Assembly (NCBI GenBank): GCA_964016885.1
Contig: OZ024746.1
Location: forward strand, 93,806,001 to 93,870,000
Source: Eledone cirrhosa
Lineage: Eukaryota
DNA length: 64,000 bases
Direction of reading: 5' to 3'
Notes under the pieces: model-generated
Databases searched by the model: none
Told to the model about the DNA's origin: nothing
What the model saw: only the letters and a program-made list of their open reading frames with translations
Position numbers and translations under genes: made by a program
In this document: piece by piece, positions 45,625 through 58,159 of the stretch
Position numbering within the stretch: position 1 is the first letter of the stretch
Layout of the letters: each line of letters starts with the position of its first letter

Positions 45625-47205
45625 CATTAAAACATCCAAAGTAGGACTGAGCTTAGCTGTTGATAGAGCTTTATGAATAAATACAGTGAACAGTTATTTA
45701 AGTTTCGCTAGTCTGTCAGATCATCTCTAGAAACATTCTTATAAGAATATCTGGCTATCGGGTACTTCTTTACATTAGATACTTTTGTGTAGTAGTTAAT
45801 GGTGGTGGTTTTCAAAGACTTGCAACATCGTATCTCTACCACTTGTGTCGGAATCTTGCATAAACAAAGGCTTAAATGTCAGAAATTTGTTTTATCAAGA
45901 TTACACAAGTCGATATTCTTGAAAATTTGTCATGTTAACATCTGCAATTCCATCAATATGATGGCAAACATTCCGATTGCTGAGGGGTAAAATGGTAAAT
46001 TCTTTTTGTCATGAGGTATATTTTATTATCCTGGCTTCGGCAACTCTTCACTATCAGTATGTGGTTGAAATATCTCAGTAACAAGAAAACTGATTTCCTC
46101 ACTACCATGATATCCTTCATTCTTACTGGTCTTGTAACATAAGCATTTCAATACTTCCTGTTTGGTTTTCAACCTCTTCTTTTCAGCGGCTTGTGCTCAA
46201 GTAGTTTCTCAACATGTGGCTGTATGCTTTTTGTTAGCATTTGAAAAGGCTGTAATTGCAGATATGTTTTGACATTGGGGAAGAAGAATGTGAAATTGTT
46301 TAAATGTTCAACAGCTTTCTGTTTTTTTTTATTTTTTTGTTTTTTGTTTTTTTGTCATCGTTTGCTAGTGTGCAACTATGAACTGAGCAACTGTGAAAAG
46401 TTCAAAGAAAAGTTCAGATATGTATTAGTATTTCATTTAGGGAATATATATTTAGTGTACATTCTAGGGTTTGGAGCTCCCATCCTCAGGAATTCTTCCT
46501 TAAGCCATGTCTCTCTTGCTTGCGAATCGATTTAGATGGAAACCATAAATTGAATACTGAACTGTATATAATATGTATTGAGATTGTTTCTAAATGTTAG
46601 GACTTCTATATACCTCCTTAAGATCTGATGTTTTGCTCTTAATCAGTCAACCCTGATTGAGAAAATACATTGTAACATTCCAGTCATTAGTTGGTACAAT
46701 ATGTTTGAGGGACAATTGACAAAGTCTTGGCAATTTTTTATTTTTTATTTTTTTTTATTTTAAAAAGGACGATTTGAGGTTGCTATTTCTAGCTGGATAA
46801 ATGCCTCCCTTGTTGATTTGCGCTATGACATATTAGGTTGTGTAGCTTATGTGCGATAATACAGATGCCTTCCCTCAAATAATTTCATCAAGCTTTATTT
46901 AGCTTATAGGTTCTAGAAGAGGAAATAATATAACTTAAGCAAAGATATACTAGTTTGTGCGTTTTTAGACAAATTTAATATATTTTAAGGGAGTGTATTG
47001 ATAGGAAGTAGTAGGGGAGGAGTAAGCTAGCCATCTTATGGTATATTAGTGTATGTATGCATTTGCACTCTATAAGCTCTTTCATAAAACTTTTTTTTTT
47101 CTTTTTTTTTCTCAACCGAAATTCCGTTCAGGTTAAAACATGAATTTCCACTGTGATTCTAGGATCTTATCTTTCACGAATTAGAAAATACAAATAAAGT
47201 TACCC

Positions 47206-47248
<43 letters not shown>

Positions 47249-47285
47249 ACTTTAGTTATATATCTAAGTTTTAATGAAATATGAT

Positions 47286-47324
<39 letters not shown>

Positions 47325-47616
47325 TCAGTTAGATCCAGGTACAATCTTTAAATGTAAGAAAAGGGACTACAGAAAAGCTATTGGGTTTGCGCCTAGCCTC
47401 CACCCTCTGGAGAAAAAATGTTATTGAACAAAAACAAAATCTGCTCATTTTACATTAATCTTGAGATTTTCTTTTCCATTAGTCCATCTATTCTAGTATT
47501 TTGCCAACCATATTTTAATATGCGCGCTCACATCGATGCTCGTTTTAATTATTTCAAATTTTACCTGTGATCTGAGTCAAAATTAGATTTTTTTTTTTTT
47601 TGATTTTTTTTTGATT

Positions 47617-47647
<31 letters not shown>

Positions 47648-49779
47648 CCTGCATTCAATATTTTCATATGTATGGCAGTCATTCACGAGTTATTCTTTCA
47701 AATAAAAATGGTGTCCAAGTGGTTAGGGGGTTTAGGCTCAGGATCAATAAGGTCTTGAGTATTATTCCTGAACCGGGCGGTGAGTGCTTGAGCAAAATGC
47801 TTCATTTCACGTTGCTTTCAATAATATTGGGATCCTAACTTGGAGGTTTGTTCAACATGCACATGTGTCAATATTGTATTTTGAGTTCTCAGTCTTCGAC
47901 AATAAGTATTCCAGTTCTTCAATCAAAGGAAACGGCCAACTTGTCAATTTAACATGTGACTGCATATTCTACGGCTGTGCAAGTCTCCCGAAATTCATGG
48001 AGAAAGATGGCCTTTTGAATTACAGAAAGTCCATTTGATCGGCTTCTGGTTCCAGTTGCTAAGTTCAGATCAACTCAAATGGCATAAGATGCCACACAGT
48101 AGAAATGAACCTGACTCCTTATGATTACAAAGTGAACTTCTTAATCAGTTTGCATTGTACAAAGCTGGAAAAGCATTACACCGAGACTATAGTTTTATCC
48201 CTCGCATTCCCACTTCAATGTCAAAGTGAGATGGTGTGTATTATACTGTTTAAGAGGAGTCAAAACAAAGGTTTAATGCCACCTTCAATCATATAGTTAG
48301 ACTTACTGAAAGTTATGACCGATTGGTTAAGAAGTTTGTATCGCACTTGTTAGGACTGGTTAAATTCCACTGTCACCTTTGTCATAGGCTTGGGTCGACC
48401 CTTGCTTTAATAGTAAAGTTGAGTAACTGGTTTCTGTTTGGAAGTTAATCGGATGGGCTGTAACTAATTCATAGAGCCAGCTTTGTTGTACACTATTCTG
48501 GAATACCTTTTGAGAATTATGTTAATGGTGCATGCTCAACCATTTAAGTTATTTTCATGAGCAGAATATCCCTGTGATTGAACAACTGGAACCGACTGGG
48601 AAACATTCTTAGTTGAATATTAAGCTGAGGTTAACCCTGATCAATAGACATTCCAGCCATGACTACCTCATCTTTTTAGTGGATGTCTTTTAAGATCTAC
48701 CCTGTGTCCATAATGGTTTGAGGCAAGCAGTTGTTGCTGGGAGATATGGCTACTGTTTTTAGCAGGTCGAGCGACTTCAGAGGATGTTTGCTCATCATTG
48801 TTTGTTGCTTCATCGCAGGTCAGCCATGATCAAGCAGACATTATTGATGGCAATCCTACCCTTATATGTAGAGCTACATTGCTTAATATACCATTTTTTT
48901 TTTTTTTTAAAAAGTGTATTTGAGATATTGACTGCTTAGACCCAAACTAATTTAGTTGGTTTTAATGAATGGTGATACAGATTAATTTTGTGTTAGTGAT
49001 TTATCTTTCTAGAAATATAACTTTTAGTATAATATAGTTTATTATATGAAATGAATGGATTCAATAAGGAGCTCGGTACATGTGTGAAAGTGATGTCTGA
49101 ACGAGTATCCTCCACTACCAACTAGCTTAACCTCTGCTTCTGGGTCCCGGCAGACAGGATCGAGAATGCATTGTCTCAGAGGATGGCAAGAGAGCTGCAC
49201 TTTTAAATTAAGATAAATTGAAGGTGTAAAGAAGTTTCTCAACCTCCTTTATTTAATTTTTTTTTTTTTTTTTTTGTCTCTCACTCCACCGGGAGTAAAA
49301 TTGGTACATATAGTATATATGCCACATTCTGAAATCATGCTCCACAAAAATATTGCCACGTACCCACTGTCAGAAACAAAGAGACAGTTATGTACTTGTT
49401 GTCTATTGCTCTATTGGCCAGAATTATTTCTGACACATTTTACTAAAACAATTATTTTGTAGTAAAATAGGTCTTTTAATCTTATACCGATCAGTGATAA
49501 TTAGAAGGGCTAATAAGGTTCTAAAATTGATGTTACTATTAAACAAAGATAATGTATATGTTCTAGAAATTCTCAGTTTAGCTCTGAATACCTTGATGAT
49601 TTAGCAGAATATAACATTTATAAGAATGTTTGTAGTATCTTTAATAGTGAACCTCCAATTCACTTGTAAAAATGGCTCTGAGGTACTTTAATTTCTCCAC
49701 CTGCTTCAGTGTAACTCTACTCTCATTCAGAGTACACTACGCAGGCTTTATTGAGAAGATGGCTATCTCAATTTTCACT

Positions 49780-50400
49780 GCACTGATTTTTCTTTCTTAC
49801 TGTACTGCACTTGGCAACAAACCTACCCAGTGCATGTCGGAGATCACCTGACAATATCTCTGTTAAGCCTCAGTTGAGTCTATACTAAATGTCTAGCAAA
49901 GACAATTCTCTATAATTAGTGGAATCTTTGTCTTCCTTTTTTGAAATTGGGATTATTAAACCGATTGGTATTGTTTTGATATGCCTTTCCAGAGATCTAG
50001 ATCACCCAGTACACACCAGTCAACAAGAACATACCTTCTCTATTTAAGGCTTTTAACATCTCGGGCCAAATTTCATTCCCCCCCCCCCCCCCGAGTCCTT
50101 GCTACATTTGAGCACTTTCATTGCTCTTGGTGACCTCAGCCATTGATTGGTTAGTCGTCAGCCCTGGATACACCTCACGGACATCAGAAATTGCTGGATT
50201 TAGAAGATCAGCAAAGAATTCTTTCCATCTTGCAAGAATGCACATCTTTTCTGAAAGAAACCCAGATGAATTCCTGATTGCAGGTGGTGGGTACTTATGA
50301 AGGCAGCAGGAGGCCTGCCAGCATACTTTATTTACTGATGTAAAGTCGGATCATAGGTTAACCCTAAAGTCCTCCCATGTATTAAACCTTGGATGTCTTT
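49780..50400 (-). mobile_element. Degenerate RTE LINE internal fragment (region N-terminal to and entering RT)
   Basis: Minus strand reads ILARWKEFFADLLNP, EIWPEMLKAL and IIPISKKEDKDSTNYRELSLL, with stops and frameshifts. Confidence 0.75.
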
Positions 50401-50956
50401 ACTATTGATTCGCTCCTTTCAATTAGTTTTATTATGATCTACATTTGAGCGAAGATCAAAAGCAGTCTCAAACCCAGGTAAAAGAAGAGGGTTCAGTTAG
50501 GAGCTACTAACCTCTTATCACCAAAAAAAAACATACTAGTTTGCAGCTCGAAGTCCATCTGATGTTATTTCTCTCAATTCTACTCTCGCAGAGAGGAATA
50601 CCATTTTCAACCTGGGAACCTTCTAATGAATATATCCATCAGCTGCCTATTTCAACTTATGGTGCTCATTTTGTTACGGTCATTTTATTGTACTTGTATT
50701 TATTGTTTAACACCCTGCAATAATTAAGCAAAAAATATCCAAAAACAACTTTCTTCATTTAAATGTTTATAGTATCTTTACTAGCAGACAGATCATAGTG
50801 AAAATTTACTGTATATTAAAATTAAAGCTTTAGATTTTAATGCAATTACATTGCTGTTTTGTACTTTTCAAGAATATTTTGCTAATGCGGTTTCCTGCAT
50901 TAAGAGTAAAATAAGAGACGATTGTGGCTGTGATGCCTTTGATCATAGTTTTGTTT

Positions 50957-51137
50957 GTGGATTGGCAGTATCAGTAGAGGGTTGGACGCCATGCTTTGCA
51001 GCATAGCGTTACGGCCCTTTACGATCTGAGTTCAAATCCCGCCGAGGTTAACTTTGCCTTTCATCCTTACGGGGTCGATAAAATAAAGTACCAGTAATGC
51101 ACTGGGTAATTGCTGGCCTTGTGCCAAAAGTAGAAAC
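50957..51137 (+). mobile_element. tRNA-derived SINE family A; other copies at about 880-1070 +, 15922-16099 (inverted pair), 16110-16310 +, 26510-26565 -, 44270-44360 +, 60060-60228 -
   Basis: A-box-like tggcagtatcagtag and B-box gttcaaatccc, then the recurring body tttcatccttacggggtcgataaaataaagtaccagt...ggccttgtgccaaaagtagaaac. Confidence 0.8.
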
Positions 51138-52460
51138 ATTATTTCTGACATAATGAAAATAATATAACAATTTACTTCTCAACCTAACAACCTATTCTCC
51201 CCTGACGAAGGTTTTCTGCTCGAAACGTTATACTTATAGTCTTAAATAAGAGAAGAAATGTCATGGTTGTGACAATTTTGATCGTAGGTTTGCTTGATCA
51301 TTTTTGATATGAGGCTAAATAAACAAATGACTCACCTCTCTCTGAACAAGGTTTCTCTCCGAAATGTTACACTTCACCTCTTCCTCACAACATAGTTATT
51401 CCACTATTTCAGCTCACTATACTAACAATGTAGAACATCACTGGTTAGTGGAGAGTCTTCTGTTTTGCTGTCAATAGAATTACTCTGCTGTGCTGCATTG
51501 ATTACTATTTTTTCTCTCTGCCCTCATATTTCTGTTGAAAGACTAAAATCAATAACACTCCATCAGATGAAACTTTACCAATTAATTACCACAACTCAGT
51601 TTTTATGTTGTGTGTGTTTTGTAATATATCTTTTTTTTTTTTTATCTCTCTCTTCCTTCTTTTTCTATCTTCGATCAGAAAACCAAACAGAACTCAACAG
51701 AATCAATCGTGTTGATGAGTTCAGACATGATAGGAAAGAAAAGAAATAGTTATAGATTTCAGCTTCGATTATTATTATTGTTATTGTTATATTTTGTATT
51801 CAAATGCAAGTTAGGTCAGCTTTACGTTTCATCCATCAGAAGAAGCGGGGGATGGGTCGATAAAATAAATAAGTCAAGCGCTGAGTTTCATTTGATCAAC
51901 TATGCCACATACACACAGAAATTACCAGTAGGGAAGTGATCATCATTTTACAACCACTTTCCATGCAGGTAAGAATTGGACGGGTCAGTGTGGTCAAAGA
52001 CTAGACAGATCGAGGAAGCATATCTTGATTTTCAGGTTTCATATTTTGAATGATTACTATGGTTTGATGTCCTTCCTAATACCAACCACTTTACAGTATT
52101 TACTAGGTGAATTTGATTGTTCCATTAGCACTAAAATATATATATATATAATAGTAAAACAGTAAAAAATGCGTAACGGTAGAATAACAACAAAATATGA
52201 ATTTCCGCATTACTCGTACCGGTTTCAGCTTGCAAGCTTCTTCATGTGACGGAAGTGTATGATGCAATTAAATTGCATATTAATAAGAACAATAAGAATA
52301 TGGGGGAACAAGTCTTTTTACATACATATATATAGAGAAAAGTTCACAGTTTTGTCTGTAGTTTTCTTTCTTTTTCTCTTGGTGTTAACCTTAGCTGTGT
52401 CACCATATAATAGTGGAAATTTAAGTTAGATACATACATACACTCACACATATATATGTA

Positions 52461-52949
52461 TCATCATCATCAACGTTTAACGTCCATGTTCCACGCTTGC
52501 ATGGGTTTGGACGGGGGTTTTCCCACTTGAGGCAAGAGTGATTGTCTTGCTCGTATAGGACTGTCTGGCAGGTTTTCTACAGTTGGATGCCCTTCGTAAC
52601 ACCAACCACATTTACAGTGTGGGGCTGGGAGGTTTTTACCGTGTTGCCTACACGGCCACATTACAGCGTGGACTGTGTGTTTTTTGTTGTGACACCTACA
52701 CGATCTCATTTGTTTTGGCCTGGATGGTGTGGCACCAACATAACTTTACATAGAAGGGGGTGGTGGGACGGGGGTGTATTTTGTTAGAGATGCCTACTGA
52801 CTGTAGTAGGTTTTACTATGTATTTAGGTAAGGCGGGTCTTTATTACTGAGTACCGCCAAAGGTCTCGGTCCAGTGACATTGTCTTGGAGAGGTGTAAGT
52901 GTGTGAGGTCGGAGTTTATTAGCTCGTCCCAGGTTTTTCTAAGTCTGCC
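52461..52949 (-). mobile_element. 3' fragment of the same RTE family (C-terminal [15 protein letters not shown], 3' UTR, TGA tail)
   Basis: Reverse complement matches about 9530-10020 with few changes; flanked by TA-rich microsatellite. Confidence 0.93.
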
Positions 52950-53092
52950 ATATATATATATATACATATTTAAATATGTATATATATATATAGTTTTCCA
53001 ATAGATGGCAACATGAATGGACCTGTTATTTTTATCTAAAAACATTATTTTCAATTCCACCCCCGCCCGTCCCTTCAATCTTTCTAATTCTT

Positions 53093-53128
53093 TCTTCTGG
53101 TGAAGGACTAGCGTCCGAAACGTTAAGA
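53093..53128 (+). ncRNA. Minimal hammerhead motif, one core mismatch
   Basis: UCUU-CUGGUGA-A-GGAC(UAGC)GUCC-GAAA-CGUU-AAGA, within a ~210-bp element (53004-53212) that recurs inverted at 58040-58255. Confidence 0.6.
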
Positions 53129-53597
53129 CCCTCTTGCAGCTATTTCAAGCGTTAACCTAATATATTCCTTCCATATACTGTACCGATTGCGTTGTTATTT
53201 CTGTTTACCTCATATATATATGACGATAGCTAATAAGCTTGAAACTAGTACAGCGTTCCTTTGTCAGTGTTGAACAAATGAGCAACGATGGTTGCTAGGC
53301 ACTGTACGGCTTAATTCGGGATGTTTGTTTACAAACACACCGAGCATTATAATAAATGTTCAGTGAATCCATACTTACATATATATATGTATGTATGTAT
53401 ATATATATACATACTACTGTACGTCTGTATACATATATATATATATAGGTTTGCTTTAATAAAAACACGAAATGTACGGGTGAAAGTATAAGGGAAAGAA
53501 ATCGAAAATGCAACTGGAGTCTTTTTAAGAATATTTGTTTATTTCGCGGTTCTTAAGCTTTTCAAGAGTTTAATTGAGATGGAGGGTTTGTGGTTTG

Positions 53598-53634
53598 TAT
53601 GTATATATATATATATATACATATATGTATATAT

Positions 53635-53671
<37 letters not shown>

Positions 53672-53819
53672 TGTGTATATATACATATATGTATATATAT
53701 ATATATATATACATATATGTATACATATATGTATATATATATATATATACATACATATATGTATACATATATGTATATATATATATATACATATATGTAT
53801 ATATATATATATACATATA

Positions 53820-53863
<44 letters not shown>

Positions 53864-53947
53864 CATATATGTATATATATACATATATGTATACATATAT
53901 GTATATATATATATATACATATATGTATATATATATATATACATATA

Positions 53948-53991
<44 letters not shown>

Positions 53992-54992
53992 CATATATGT
54001 ATATATATACATATATGTATATATATATATATATATATACATATATGTATACATATATGTATATATATATATATGTATACATATATGTATATATATATAT
54101 ATGTATACATATATGTATATATATATATATGTATACATATATGTATATATATATATATATGTATACATATATGTATATATATATATATATGTATACATAT
54201 ATGTATATATATATATATATGTATACATATATGTATATATATATATGTATACATATATGTATATATATATATGTATACATATATGTATATATATATATAT
54301 ATATATGTGTAAATATATATACATACACATGTATGTGGGTGTGTATGTATGTATATAACTATATATACATATATGTATATATATATATATATATGTAAAT
54401 ATATATACATACACATGTATGTGGGTGTGTATGTATGTATATATATACATACATACACTCACACATATATATATACATACATACACACACACATGTATAT
54501 GTATGTATATATATATATAGGGTAGAGAAGTAAGCATGTGCGTATGTGTGTAAGATAAAAAAAAAATTGGGGACCGTATTTCAGTGGAGTGGAGAAACTG
54601 GACCGAAGGCGGAAAGTCACTCTGCCCTCTCCTGGTACGCGAGGCCTGTTTTACGTGATGTAAAACATAACAAGGATTAAGATATGTAGGGAAGAGTGGC
54701 CTGGGGAAACGCTTATGACGAGCGAGTATCCGTACCGAGTCGTAGTTCCCCTGTATATATATACAGACACACTCTTATATATATGTATGTATATATATAT
54801 ATATACACGTGTATATATATATATATACACGTGTATATATATATATATACACATGTATATATATATACACACATGTATATATATATATACACATGTATAT
54901 ATATATACATATATACATATGTATATATATATATACCTATATATATATATATATATATACATATATGTACGTATATATATATATATATATAT
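53598..54992. repeat. Interrupted (TA)n arrays (53598-54518 and 54752-54992) with palindromic atacatatatgtat units
   Basis: Direct reading. Confidence 0.95.
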
Positions 54993-57209
54993 AGTTCAAA
55001 CAAACAGAAATACAAAAAGTCTTAGTTTCAAGCTTTATATGGAAAAGGGGAAAGAAAGTTCGACGCGTCGGGCTTAAGTCCTTTTTCATGAGTACAAAAA
55101 TAAAGACAAGATCACAAAGGATAGATACAGAAAATAAAAGCAGTCCAAGTAAAGAAAATTAAAAGAGTAAACGACAAACGTACATACATACATAATGGCT
55201 GCCCCCTCGTTATCGAGTATGGCCATTGCACAATATACCATTATTAATAATTATTAATTAATTCTATCGTGCAATGCCTGTGCGTGAAGATATTTTTTAA
55301 AGTGAGGAAAGACTGTGCACTGAGCCAATCCCACTCCCTGAGCGTCAGTAGCTATAACCCGAAAAGAAGAAAAGATCAACATCATCGGTAACTACTGAGC
55401 CGCAGGTTTTATATCAGAGTTATCCCAGATTCCTGAGTTGCCTTCTCCTAGAAGAATGCCCTGACAAAGGCTAGGGGGTCCTTCACTCTTGAGTGCTACT
55501 AGTAACATGTAACCCAGTACAACCTGTCACATGTTCGGGTCATCGGCGACTAAACCGGTAACCCCACCAAGTTTACTTGGTGAGGAGAGTGACATTGGAC
55601 ACCCTGCAGGACAAAAAACAAAACCTGACAAAGGGCGGAAGAACTCATAAGAGTCAACGACCATCCAAAAGTGTGTAAATATCTATATACACATGTATAT
55701 GTGTATATGCATGGGTGCATGTGTATGTATATGCGGGGAACATAGAAATAGTCGGGCAGGACACCCGATCGCACATATATATATACATACATATATACAT
55801 ACATATGTACATTCATATGTACATTCATACATGGTGGCTGCCAACTCGTTTTCGAGTACATACATACAGACAGACAGACATACACATGAATTAACTGCTA
55901 AGATTTCCAGCGTAAACCGATATTAGACATTAGAAGTAACAATTTGAGACGTAGGAAGAGAAACAGTGGACTCTAGTGAGCCTGTTTCTCATATCTATCT
56001 CAAATTGTTGCTGATAACGTCTAAAATGTTAGTAAAATCTAGTATCAGTTTCCGTAGGGAATATTTGTAACTAATTCATTAATAATTTGCTTCTCATCGT
56101 TATTCCCCGTCGTAAACACAAAATTGAAGATAGGCAACTTGCTACGTAGGACACTAGTGTGTGTTAGTATATCGCAAGTAATTGGAATTGAAAGGTTATA
56201 CATACAGGTATTAAATTCAAAAATTCTAACTATCCTAAAACCAAAACGCCCGGCTTAGGGTACAAATAAACGGCTTAGGCCGTCGCTGTTGAGGCTTGGG
56301 GCAATTTCCCTCTTTGCTCCCCATTAAATTCGGCTCTGCACACATGACTGACTTTAATATAGTTATTCTCTTTCAAATTCCACAAATTCGGCATTGTTTA
56401 TTTAGAAGATATTTGCCCAAGATACCGCCTAGTGGGATCAAACCCAGAATCAAGTGATCCGAACCCGCCATCTTATGCAAACTATAGTTTAAATTATTTG
56501 ATTATTTTAGTTGGAAGAGGAAAACAAGTTATATGAACCTATAAATCACTCTTATATATATTAAGCACTTTGATTATATTGCTATGAACACCTACTAGAG
56601 ACGTCGGTGATTATATATATATATATATATATATGAAAACAAACGTGCTGCGTGGTTGCAAATGGGTTACATATGAATAAAGTTAGTCCTTCATCAGTGA
56701 TCTTCCAACCATCATTGGTATTTCATCGCTTTAAAGACCATATACCTCCGGTTGGTGCGAGCAACGGCTAAAGAAAGTTGTTGGGACACGTAAATAAGGG
56801 GAACGAGCGAGAGTGTAAACAAACAAAGATGAATAAATAAACATTTAGAAAGTCAGAGCTATGAAAAAACACTATTAGGAAAGGCTTACCTGATGATTTC
56901 TTTTAAATGAAACAGTTCTAGTCATGTAGAAGTCATTTCTAGATTAAACATGATATATATATATGTATATATATTCATTTTTATTAAAGCTAAAAAGTGA
57001 GTCTTGTTACTTTGGAATTTCGCCAGTTTAACACAAAGGTTATAAGATCTGTTCTAGTCGAATGATCCTGTGAGAAACAGGCGAAACTCCAAAGTAACAA
57101 AACTCACCTTTTAGTAAAACTCTACTTTGGTATTGAGTAATCTTTTCTCCCAGCCATCAACTACATACGGAAGACTTTTTGTATCTCTGTCCTGTCTGTT
57201 GTCTTCTTG

Positions 57210-57269
<60 letters not shown>

Positions 57270-57378
57270 CAAATAGTAAAAACAATGAAATTAAACAAAA
57301 TACGGGTAATTCATAGTAAAACTCATTATTTTACGATCGTTTCTGGGGGGTAGTTCTACGTATGTTCATTCTATAATT

Positions 57379-57500
57379 CTGAAGACGGCGGGTAGGGAAG
57401 ACGTATGTATATTTTCTTACTTTGATAATTTGTAATATATCTTACATAGATCACTAATAGAATGAACATACGGAAAACTACCCCCAGAAACGATCGCAAA
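57379..57500 (+). ncRNA. Hammerhead-like motif with long stem II insertion
   Basis: CUGAAGA-C-GGCGGGUAG...CUACCCCCA-GAAA-CGAUCG; palindromic stem III, weak stem I. Confidence 0.45.
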
Positions 57501-57697
57501 ATAATGAGTTTTACTATGAATTACCCGTATTTTGTTTAATTTCATTGTTTTCGCTATTTGTATTATTTTGACTGTTTCCAAGGAATTATATCGTTGAAAT
57601 TTTGTATTTTAAACTTTGCTTCATGACATCTTCTACATACCGATTACATTGAGTTCTTCATACGGCTTGGACCCTACCATTAATTGGTGGATTTATC

Positions 57698-57735
<38 letters not shown>

Positions 57736-57848
57736 ACAAATAGTCTGATCAGGCAGTCTGCGAATGTGCAAATCAGGTCGATCAGTCATTGTATATTTTA
57801 GAAAATATATTTTTTCACTAGCTCTGACAGTTGGCAGGTAAGCAGTAT

Positions 57849-57895
57849 ACTGTACTGATGAAGGGTAATCACCCAGAAACATTAGTGTCTGCAGT
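57849..57895 (+). ncRNA. Hammerhead ribozyme, type I-like, intact core
   Basis: ACUGUA-CUGAUGA-A-GGGU(AAUC)ACCC-A-GAAA-CA(UUAG)UG-UC-UGCAGU; 6-bp stem I and GUC cleavage triplet at 57887-89. Confidence 0.8.
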
Positions 57896-58123
57896 TATGT
57901 TTACACGCCAATACAAGAGCAAGAATGACGGGTTCATTCTATTGACATGGTTTATAAAAGAGGCTACTTGCATAATTACAAACGAATCGAATATTATTAT
58001 TAATATTCGAAAAACTCAGATTATATATATATATATGTAAAAGTCAAACAGAAATAACAACACAATCGGTACAGTATATGGAAGGTATATATTAGGTTAA
58101 CGCTTGATATAGCAGGAAGAGCG

Positions 58124-58159
58124 TCTTAACGTTTCGGACGCTAGTCCTTCATCACAAGA
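58124..58159 (-). ncRNA. Minimal hammerhead motif, one core mismatch; second degenerate copy at 58369-58404
   Basis: Minus strand UCUU-GUGAUGA-A-GGAC(UAGC)GUCC-GAAA-CGUU-AAGA. Confidence 0.6.
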
